A stretch of DNA of 64,000 nt from an uncultured virus (IMG/VR IMGVR_UViG_3300031758_000053) (taxonomy: Duplodnaviria > Heunggongvirae > Uroviricota > Caudoviricetes). The stretch lies in IMG/VR virus record IMGVR_UViG_3300031758_000053. One strand, given 5' to 3'. Below are positions 57,774-64,000 of the stretch, one piece after another. The translations under genes and the position numbers were made by a program. Below the pieces are notes generated by a model. That model did not search any database. It was not told where the DNA came from and saw only the letters and a program-made list of their open reading frames with translations. Each line of letters starts with the position of its first letter. Position 1 is the first letter of the stretch.

Positions 57774-57952
57774 TGCTTCTCCTGCGTTGGAAAAAAGTTC
57801 TTGGGTGAAGACCCAAAACACAACAGCACGGTAAGCGCAAACCACCACCCAGACCACCCGCGCTCTGCCACCAGCCAAGCAGTGCCAGTAAGGACAAAGA
57901 TGTCAAACACAAGCATGCCGAAGTACATGAGCATGCGGTAGCTGTTTTTCAT
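57770..57952 (-). CDS. small membrane protein
   Basis: Two hydrophobic segments, GWSGWWF. Confidence 0.6.
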   Translation of the reverse strand: MKNSYRMLMYFGMLVFDIFVLTGTAWLVAERGWSGWWFALTVLLCFGSSPKNFFPTQEKQ

Positions 57953-58200
57953 TCCTCCCCCTTCAGATACCGCTCCACCGCCCGAGCGAAGTGGTGGTGG
58001 AACCCGCCGTTCTGGTGCCACAGGTCAGCGATGACCTCGTCGGTGAGGGTGCGTTCAATGGGCGGGTGTGTGTAAAGAGGTGTTAGCCCTTCGGACCGAT
58101 GGCTGGCTGTGTTTGCCCACGCACGTATGCTCATGTGCGAGCGAAGGTCGTTGAGTTCCTCCAACTGATGGTTCCATGCCCATACAACAGGTTCACTCAT
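57949..58200 (-). CDS. hypothetical protein (PLYTHP..LTDE.I..FARAVE)
   Basis: Motif common in small phage proteins; coupled ORF. Confidence 0.62.
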   Translation of the reverse strand: MSEPVVWAWNHQLEELNDLRSHMSIRAWANTASHRSEGLTPLYTHPPIERTLTDEVIADLWHQNGGFHHHFARAVERYLKGEE

Positions 58201-58381
58201 CTTCCACCTCCACAAAGTCTCCGTTAGGACACGGACCATGCCCGACCCACGGGCCGATCCACGATTGACGCTGCGCGTCTGGGGATACAGGGTTGATGTT
58301 TACATTCCGTCTGCATTGTTTGCACTGATCAAGCAAGGGATTTGACATGCAGCGGGCGAAGTCTTGGGCGAGGTATTTCAT
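58193..58381 (-). CDS. Cys-rich hypothetical protein
   Basis: DFARC..C..C.R. Confidence 0.6.
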   Translation of the reverse strand: MKYLAQDFARCMSNPLLDQCKQCRRNVNINPVSPDAQRQSWIGPWVGHGPCPNGDFVEVEDE

Positions 58382-58549
58382 TTACTTTGCCCTTACGCAG
58401 CGGTACTCAGTAGGCTTGATGCCTAACTCTTTAGCAGCGTTTTCACAAAGTTGTTGACCGTGAAACTCGCCGATTGGTCTCCAATCAGTCTTGACATAAG
58501 AGCGGTTCATGGCTACCACAGTCCAAAGCATAAGAATGTACGTTGTCAT
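58382..58549 (-). CDS. 55-aa protein with hydrophobic N-terminus and Cys pair
   Basis: Not in ORF track; MTTYILMLWTVVAM..EF....CENAAKEL...YRCVRAK. Confidence 0.55.
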   Translation of the reverse strand: MTTYILMLWTVVAMNRSYVKTDWRPIGEFHGQQLCENAAKELGIKPTEYRCVRAK

Positions 58550-58782
58550 GTTCTGCTCCTGATTGCCTCACCAACATCACCCAGGTAGTCAGCGTAACGT
58601 GATGTCTTGTCACGCATGCTGTCGGCCAGCTTGGCGCAGGCTTCTCGCTCCATCAGACAACCTGCTTCAAACGCTGCCCAGTTGCTGCTTCGTTTGATAA
58701 CCTCAAAGTCTTCCACGGTAGGCGGTGAGGTAGTCTTGCGTGTAGCTTTCATCCAAGCCAGCCATGCTTCTTCGATGGTCAT
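58546..58782 (-). CDS. hypothetical protein (EREACAKL..AIR.R)
   Basis: Coupled ORF; common phage motif. Confidence 0.6.
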   Translation of the reverse strand: MTIEEAWLAWMKATRKTTSPPTVEDFEVIKRSSNWAAFEAGCLMEREACAKLADSMRDKTSRYADYLGDVGEAIRSRT

Positions 58783-59042
58783 ACTTGCCCCTCCGCTCTT
58801 GCAATAGCGGCGCGGGCCGCATTGATGTCGCTTTGCAAGTCCCACTTCTTCTGGAAGTAATCTGTAGCGTAGGTGCCCCAATGCTCAATTGCATCGGTTG
58901 CATCTTTCAACGCCTGTAGCAGGTCAGCATTCACCGCATGCAACCGGCGCAGTTCGGCGGCGGCTTCATCGCAGGTTGGGAATCCGCTGTATCGCGCTCC
59001 CAATTGGTCAGCCAGCCGCAGTGCAGTAGGTTGTTCATTCAT
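58779..59042 (-). CDS. hypothetical protein (QP.ALRLAD..AAAELRRLH..ARAAIARA)
   Basis: Coupled ORF; common phage motif. Confidence 0.65.
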   Translation of the reverse strand: MNEQPTALRLADQLGARYSGFPTCDEAAAELRRLHAVNADLLQALKDATDAIEHWGTYATDYFQKKWDLQSDINAARAAIARAEGQV

Positions 59043-59350
59043 ACTTTCCTCCCCCACAAACGCCCCCAGCGTTTACGCCAAGCGTCGGCGGTCTCCTCAG
59101 AAACCTCCTCCATGATGGCGTCGGCTTCATTCAGAGCATGCTCCATCTCCACCAGCACACGGTCTTGCTCGGTGTTCTGCGCCTCTAGGCTGCACTTACT
59201 AGGCATGCAGTCCTGCGTGGCGCAGTGTGGCTGCTCCAGCGCGGCCTCCAACGCCCGCTCCGCATCACAAGGCTGCGTGCAAGAAATCTCGCGGCGGTAT
59301 CCGCGCAGGGACTTCAGCGCCTGACGCGCAGCGTCTCTTAGGTTACTCAT
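59039..59350 (-). CDS. hypothetical protein
   Basis: LR.AA.QAL N-terminus; coupled. Confidence 0.6.
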   Translation of the reverse strand: MSNLRDAARQALKSLRGYRREISCTQPCDAERALEAALEQPHCATQDCMPSKCSLEAQNTEQDRVLVEMEHALNEADAIMEEVSEETADAWRKRWGRLWGRKV

Positions 59351-59531
59351 CTTTCACCTCATCAAACTCAAACACTTCGTGAATATCGCCCCAAACTGCG
59401 TTTTTGATTTGTTCAATGATCTCGTGCTGACTCGGGGCATCGGTGTGTTTATACGCACGGCGCAAACCGCGTTCGATGCCACGGTCGATGGCATCCTCAA
59501 GGATGACGCGAATCTTCGGTTTAATGCCCAT
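59343..59531 (-). CDS. hypothetical protein
   Basis: G..RAYKHTD.P motif. Confidence 0.6.
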   Translation of the reverse strand: MGIKPKIRVILEDAIDRGIERGLRRAYKHTDAPSQHEIIEQIKNAVWGDIHEVFEFDEVKDE

Positions 59532-59742
59532 GAGGTTTGCCTCCTTCGTCCAACGGCTGCATACCCATCATGTGCATAGCTTTACGCACAGCGTCCGACA
59601 GGTCGAGCCAGTCGTTCCAGCCAACAACCGACGGAAGTTCAACTTTGACGCACACCCCGTCAACCATCGTGACGGTAGCCATCAGCGTTTTCATTTCGTC
59701 ATCATCGATCTCGATCCTGGTCGGAGTTACAGACAGTTTCAT
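59521..59742 (-). CDS. hypothetical protein
   Basis: Coupled ORF with SD. Confidence 0.55.
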   Translation of the reverse strand: MKLSVTPTRIEIDDDEMKTLMATVTMVDGVCVKVELPSVVGWNDWLDLSDAVRKAMHMMGMQPLDEGGKPHGH

Positions 59743-59963
59743 TTCAGTCTCTCCTTGAGCATGGCATCTGCGTAGTCGTAAGCCAACTTCGCCGCCTCTG
59801 TTGGCATGTAATCCTCACAAGTCACCTGCAGAGCATTCGCCGCGAAGTAATCGCGCAGGGTCATGCCTGTATAAACGATATTGTCTGTAACCCTGACGGT
59901 GAATGCGGGGCCGCCTGTGCCTTTGACATCAAGCGTTGCATCCCATTGCTCTAGTTCAGTCAT
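59739..59963 (-). CDS. hypothetical protein (GMTLRDYFAA..AY..ADAML family)
   Basis: Widespread small phage protein motif; AGGAGG SD. Confidence 0.75.
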   Translation of the reverse strand: MTELEQWDATLDVKGTGGPAFTVRVTDNIVYTGMTLRDYFAANALQVTCEDYMPTEAAKLAYDYADAMLKERLK

Positions 59964-60169
59964 ACATCCTCCTTCAACAGCCCTCTCCAGGGTAGGTCTT
60001 GGAACCGGGAAGAAACTTGATTGAGAGACGCACCGCCGACGGTCCTTGCCGCGAAGTTCCACCCGGCACCATTCCAGTACGAATACTCACGGTTGCCGCA
60101 GTGGTCACGCTCGTAGATACCGATCCGCACGGGGTGCTCTCCCCCATCAAACCAAGGGGTTTTGTTCAA
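59960..60169 (-). CDS. TPWF..PVR.G.Y..WRGL domain protein
   Basis: TTG start overlapping the upstream TGA; paralog of the 57001 C-terminal domain. Confidence 0.62.
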   Translation of the reverse strand: MNKTPWFDGGEHPVRIGIYERDHCGNREYSYWNGAGWNFAARTVGGASLNQVSSRFQDLPWRGLLKEDV

Positions 60170-60366
60170 ACGAAGTACCCCACAAGAGCGGCAATCAAAC
60201 CAACCACAGCGAAGATCACCAAGACACCGATGGCAAACTTGGCGGTCTCCTCCAGCATCATTTCCCTGGAGTAGAAGTCTGGCTCTTCCTGCCCCACCTC
60301 CGTTGAGGCTTCTGCCGCTTCTGGATAGCGGCCCTGCTGATCGCATCCATTTGGAACTTTGTTCAT
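60166..60366 (-). CDS. small membrane protein (DQQGRYPEAA motif)
   Basis: C-terminal TM helix; coupled. Confidence 0.6.
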   Translation of the reverse strand: MNKVPNGCDQQGRYPEAAEASTEVGQEEPDFYSREMMLEETAKFAIGVLVIFAVVGLIAALVGYFV

Positions 60367-60587
60367 TGCATCCTCTCAACTTTCTTGGCGAGAAGCCACT
60401 TGTCCAGTAATGAAGGTTGTGCTGGCGGCTCATCGGGTTTTGCCTCAATCAACTTGGCAAACACCCACCTGTCACCGAGCCTGTTGATTGATCTTGACCA
60501 CTTCAAGGCATTGGCCCGGTTTGTTTCACGTGGAACGTCCTTGACGTTCCACAACTCCCTGGCGTGTTTCAACAGCTTGGTGTTCAT
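60363..60587 (-). CDS. hypothetical protein
   Basis: NR....W.RS...LGDRW. Confidence 0.6.
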   Translation of the reverse strand: MNTKLLKHARELWNVKDVPRETNRANALKWSRSINRLGDRWVFAKLIEAKPDEPPAQPSLLDKWLLAKKVERMQ

Positions 60588-60823
60588 TGCTCAACCCCTC
60601 TCTCAAACTTGCGGTAGGTATGGAGGATGCCCTCCATAAGGGTGTGAGCACTCATCCCTTCCAGGGATGCCAGCTTGCAGATCAGGATTGACAGTGCTGT
60701 GTAAATCACGACAGAGTCCATGCCGCCATGCTTCATTGCCAACTCTTCTGCGTTGACTGTGAAGTCTTTGATCAACTGGCTGATCATGATGTTGTCGATC
60801 TCGTCTTGAGTTGCTTCTTCCAT
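60584..60823 (-). CDS. hypothetical protein
   Basis: GAGG SD; coupled. Confidence 0.6.
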   Translation of the reverse strand: MEEATQDEIDNIMISQLIKDFTVNAEELAMKHGGMDSVVIYTALSILICKLASLEGMSAHTLMEGILHTYRKFERGVEQ

Positions 60824-60826
60824 GTC

Positions 60827-61009
60827 TCACCTCTTGATGTTCTTCTGGCTCTTCTGCGGAGCCTTGTTCACCTCAGGGAATGACGCAGGCTGAGTTCCTG
60901 CCCCTCGTTCAGAGGCCCAGATCAGGGTCGCCTTGTCCTTCGCCGCCTGCGCCTTGCGCTGGTTCTCCGGCTTCATGCTGTCGGGCATGGTCTTCTCTTT
61001 TCGCTTCAT
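60827..61009 (-). CDS. hypothetical basic protein
   Basis: AAGGAG SD upstream; overlaps the 3' end of the RHH ORF. Confidence 0.45.
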   Translation of the reverse strand: MKRKEKTMPDSMKPENQRKAQAAKDKATLIWASERGAGTQPASFPEVNKAPQKSQKNIKR

Positions 61010-61304
61010 GTTGGTTCTCCTTGATTGCTAGTTTCTGAAGGTCTTCGTTTACAAGATCAGCGAATGACTTCCCAGACGGGAACCTCATACGCGCTGCCTT
61101 GTTCTCTGCTACGGATCGCATAGCATCTTTGAGTGCCGTGTTGTAGCCATGTGAGTATCTATCACCTGCCGCAATACGCGCATCAATACTTTCCCTAATG
61201 ACCTGAGCCATCGGCACATCATTCTTGGATGCAAAGCGTTTAAGCCTTGCATACTGGTCAAATGTCAGGTAAGCCATGAAAGGCTTGAGGTTAGAAATCG
61301 TCAT
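60909..61304 (-). CDS. ribbon-helix-helix DNA-binding protein
   Basis: FMAYLT..QY.RLK.FA....PMAQVIRESID. Confidence 0.62.
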   Translation of the reverse strand: MTISNLKPFMAYLTFDQYARLKRFASKNDVPMAQVIRESIDARIAAGDRYSHGYNTALKDAMRSVAENKAARMRFPSGKSFADLVNEDLQKLAIKENQHEAKREDHARQHEAGEPAQGAGGEGQGDPDLGL

Positions 61305-61677
61305 TGGCGTCCTCGTACTCTTTGACCAACTGATCAAACAGAGCCTGAGCCTTGGCATTGCCATGCAACTCGGTACGCGACAGGATGCCGCACCGTTTAC
61401 ACAACTCATCTACCGCCTCGTTTTCTGAGGTCGGCCACCCAAGGTGGTCCCAGAAGTTTGGGTTCTTGCACAGAATCCCGGCCTTCTGGACCCGGTTGTT
61501 GTATGCAGTCGGTGTTTCGTCGTCTTGTATTCGCACGATGGCGCAGGCATACCTTGTCCCGACAAAGTCCCGGAGGATCTCCTCCGGCACCTCGTCAGGG
61601 TGCAGAGACAGGGTGAGCACGTAGCCCGTCCGGTCCTGCTTCAAGGCTACCTTCCGTGCTTCAAACTGAAGTGCCAC
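61291..61677 (-). CDS. conserved hypothetical protein
   Basis: LTL..HPD.VP...; AG.LC..P.F; CGI.SRTEL..N. Confidence 0.7.
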   Translation of the reverse strand: MALQFEARKVALKQDRTGYVLTLSLHPDEVPEEILRDFVGTRYACAIVRIQDDETPTAYNNRVQKAGILCKNPNFWDHLGWPTSENEAVDELCKRCGILSRTELHGNAKAQALFDQLVKEYEDANDDF

Positions 61678-61984
61678 GGAGTCTTCCCTCCAGCCATTGA
61701 ATGATGATGTTCAAACGGGCTACCTCTTCATGCAGGACAACAATGGTCTTGTTCTTGTCTGCAATCAACAGGTCATGCTGCGTCAATTCCTGACGCAGAA
61801 CCTCCTGCCCTCGGGTGACCTTGGGCTTCTTGGAAGCCTTGCTGCGCTCCTTGGAGTTAACCAAGTAAACGTAAGTGATGTCACAGCCAACAGCTACAGC
61901 CACATCCTTGGGCTTGGCGCTGGGGTTTTCCGCTTGGTACTTGCGAACAGCAGCGGCCTTGTTCATCTTCTTTTCAGAACTCAT
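61661..61984 (-). CDS. HTH plus coiled-coil protein
   Basis: KAAAVR.Y..NP.AKP.DVA...G....YVY.V. Confidence 0.6.
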   Translation of the reverse strand: MSSEKKMNKAAAVRKYQAENPSAKPKDVAVAVGCDITYVYLVNSKERSKASKKPKVTRGQEVLRQELTQHDLLIADKNKTIVVLHEEVARLNIIIQWLEGRLRGTSV

Positions 61985-62243
61985 CGAAGTCATCCTCCTT
62001 CTTGGGGGCAGCCTCACGGGTCATGCGACCCACAGACAAAGACAGGTACGTTGCACCGGCCTTGCTCTTCTTCTTCCACCCGGACAGCTTGTAGATGTAC
62101 AAGCCGTTCTCGATGGTGACGTTGCTCATATCCTTGGGGTTGATGGCAATCTCACCCCAGTAGTCAGGACTCTTCTCGCTCTTCTTGGATTGAGCGGCCA
62201 TCAAACGCCCGGAGTCGGGCTTCTGTTCAAACGTGTTGTTCAC
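61974..62243 (-). CDS. putative ssDNA-binding protein
   Basis: K....PDY.G......LSGWKK.SK.G..YLSLSV; acidic-aromatic tail DDFDEF; near Sak. Confidence 0.62.
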   Translation of the reverse strand: MNNTFEQKPDSGRLMAAQSKKSEKSPDYWGEIAINPKDMSNVTIENGLYIYKLSGWKKKSKAGATYLSLSVGRMTREAAPKKEDDFDEF

Positions 62244-62413
62244 AGCTTCTCCACATACTTCTTGATTGCAGTCTCAACTGCGAGGGACTTGGAAACCTTC
62301 AACTCTTCCAAGCCTGCGGGCAGGGTCTTCCTGATCGCCTCTTGGATTTCAGAGATCAGGGCTTCAGTCTCCAGGGGCAGACTGATGATGTACCGCTTCT
62401 TTGCTTCACTCAC
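62240..62413 (-). CDS. 57-aa hypothetical protein
   Basis: Not in ORF track; AAGGAG SD with GTG start; fills the gap with overlaps at both ends. Confidence 0.55.
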   Translation of the reverse strand: MSEAKKRYIISLPLETEALISEIQEAIRKTLPAGLEELKVSKSLAVETAIKKYVEKL

Positions 62414-63080
62414 TTGCGTTCTCCTTGAACTTCGCCTTCATTTCGCTGAAGACATCGCGCACCCGAGTAAACAGATCCGGGTGATTGCTCTTGAGGTCAT
62501 CGATCTTGGTCTGGTTTGCTTTCCAGTAAGACTTCAAACCGGCTTCCGTCTTGCAGATCAAGACAAACTCCACCATCCCATCTGCGAACAACTCCGCAGA
62601 CGCACGGTCCAACTCAGAATGAACCGCAGCAGCCTTGACTACCGGGTCTTCCTTCTTGGTCTCTTCCTTCTTGGGCTCCTCTTCATCCTCCGCCATCGGA
62701 AGGTCTTCACCTGCGTAGATGTTTAACCCCAGGCCATGCAGCGCCAGAGCCTTAGCCATGCAGCGCATGATTGCGGTGTTGACTTGAAACGAATCCGGGT
62801 TTGGGATCGGCTTGTTGCGGTGATCCATCACGGGCAGGAAACAGGTCATCTCCTTGCCAAAGATCGTGACCCGCACCCACACCATGCCTGTACCGCCGTT
62901 CACCTCCATGTAAGGAATGGTTGTGCCGTCTGCGCGTTCAAACGTCTCAACGTGGAACGTGGCTAAGGGGTCTGCCTTCAGTGCCTCTGCCCATGCGTGT
63001 GACCATGAGAGGTATGAGAGGTTGTTCTTCTTCTCAACGTGCTTTGATACGTCGAGCGCCAACAATTTACTGATCGTCAT
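62406..63080 (-). CDS. sak: Sak (Rad52-like, DUF1071) single-strand annealing protein
   Basis: VEKK..LSYLSW..AW; LPVMD..N; N..IMRC..KA.A.HGLGL.IYAGED.P. Confidence 0.88.
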   Translation of the reverse strand: MTISKLLALDVSKHVEKKNNLSYLSWSHAWAEALKADPLATFHVETFERADGTTIPYMEVNGGTGMVWVRVTIFGKEMTCFLPVMDHRNKPIPNPDSFQVNTAIMRCMAKALALHGLGLNIYAGEDLPMAEDEEEPKKEETKKEDPVVKAAAVHSELDRASAELFADGMVEFVLICKTEAGLKSYWKANQTKIDDLKSNHPDLFTRVRDVFSEMKAKFKENASE

Positions 63081-63939
63081 CTGATTTCCTTTCGTCTTGG
63101 AACTGCTTGCACCATTGAGCCACGCCGCAGAAGTTGCCCGTACAACGGCGTGGTTCTCCCAGTCTTGTTTCAACGTATCCCTTCTCCTTCTCTGCCAATG
63201 CTTTGGCTTCTTCTTCATCCTTGAGGACGCGGATGGCTGTCTTCCTGCCCTCTCTCTTGACGGCATAGACCGTCTCTGACATCCAACGATCCTCGTTGGA
63301 ACAAGGGGCCAACTCATCTCCTAGATCGTGATCAACCTTGGAGATGCGATGCGCCTCAAGCCTTTCCCGGATGTAGGCTTCTGTCTTCTCCAGAGGCCAC
63401 ACCTCAAGATCAACCATCTCAATCGGGGCCTTTGGATAGCCCTCCTTGGTCTCATGGCGGCTGAAGTCCCGAACCAGAGCGCAGATGCGAAGACCCACAA
63501 CCTTTTTGCCCTTGACCTTCTCAACCAAGAACCTGTAGACGTTTAACTGCTGGACCCACTCCAGCTTCTCTTGCATCACTGCCCACGCAGATGTGAACTT
63601 GTAGTCTGTGATGATGACGCCGAAGGGCGTCTCCTCTTGCAGGTCAATCGCTCCGCTGATCGTTACTCCATCCACCTCATAGAACAGGCGCTCTTCAGTA
63701 ATGAAGCCTGGGGTCTGCCCTCTTTCCATCACTACGTGCAGTGCCGAGCCGAGCATCGACCACAGCATGTCAGAGACATCCTGCTCAATAGCATCGTCGT
63801 ATTGTTCGCGCAAGCGCCTGATGCGCGGCGGGCTCATCAACTCCGTGACGCTGTACTGCGACTTGCCCTTGCTGTAGTATTCGCGGGAAGCGAGTGTCAC
63901 TAGGGGAAGTGGCACATCATGTTTGTTTGTGATCTTCAA
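63067..63939 (-). CDS. PD-(D/E)XK (Cas4/RecB-like) exonuclease
   Basis: YSVT.L..P..; G.A.H; E; SG.ID; DYK; QLN.Y; C...C....C.Q; TTG start with GGAGAG SD. Confidence 0.85.
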   Translation of the reverse strand: MKITNKHDVPLPLVTLASREYYSKGKSQYSVTELMSPPRIRRLREQYDDAIEQDVSDMLWSMLGSALHVVMERGQTPGFITEERLFYEVDGVTISGAIDLQEETPFGVIITDYKFTSAWAVMQEKLEWVQQLNVYRFLVEKVKGKKVVGLRICALVRDFSRHETKEGYPKAPIEMVDLEVWPLEKTEAYIRERLEAHRISKVDHDLGDELAPCSNEDRWMSETVYAVKREGRKTAIRVLKDEEEAKALAEKEKGYVETRLGEPRRCTGNFCGVAQWCKQFQDERKSDDDQ

Positions 63940-63967
63940 GGAAGCTCTCCGATGTGTGATGATCCAC

Positions 63968-63996
63968 ATGATAGTGCTAGTGCGAACACTCTGCAA
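63968..63996 (-). promoter_or_regulatory. sigma70-like promoter for the right-hand leftward operon
   Basis: TTGCAG-17 nt-TATCAT upstream of the nuclease SD. Confidence 0.62.
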
Positions 63997-64000
63997 GTGG

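Noticed and set aside
63067..63939. Cas4-like nuclease as CRISPR component
   Set aside because: It sits beside Sak and an SSB-like gene, a standard phage recombination module.
1..64000. tRNA genes, integrase/att site, stop-codon reassignment
   Set aside because: No cloverleaf or recombinase was recognised, and genes are intact and densely packed under the standard code. The part of the genome outside the window cannot be assessed.

Overview
The window is most of the genome of a lytic-looking tailed dsDNA phage with podovirus-like architecture: portal, tail tubular/stabilisation proteins and large ejection proteins, with no tape measure, sheath or integrase seen. A Betaproteobacterial host is inferred, not shown. 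Layout: (1) 1-260, the tail of a Twinkle/T7-type helicase. (2) 460-5599 (-), a GC-rich early operon: SprT-like protein with a degenerate active site, MoxR AAA+/vWA pair and an L7/L12-CTD-like protein. (3) 5650-6950, a divergent control region with a sigma70-like promoter, four perfect DnaA boxes, terS and a G4-capable C-rich tract. (4) 7144-56158 (+), packaging, head, two repeat-fibre modules (one carrying a glycosyltransferase and a methyltransferase), an array of small basic proteins sharing a C-terminal tag, tail, lysis with an inserted GIY-YIG gene, and four ejection proteins ending in a 2522-aa polyvalent protein. (5) 56145-63939 (-), small early/middle genes, an SSB-like protein, Sak and a PD-(D/E)XK nuclease. 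Most striking observations: a non-structural gene (57001-57489) carries a 15-aa exact copy of the major capsid protein N-terminus with only synonymous DNA differences (a candidate capsid mimic or decoy); a shared GG..G.A.RGKT.G..V tag on unrelated small proteins; two SD-preceded +1-frame ORFs overprinted in the polyvalent gene, whose domains are separated by KxSLR motifs; an oriC-like DnaA-box cluster; and genome-wide enrichment of GTAAAC/GTTTAC. All family assignments come from motif recognition by eye; no searches were run.
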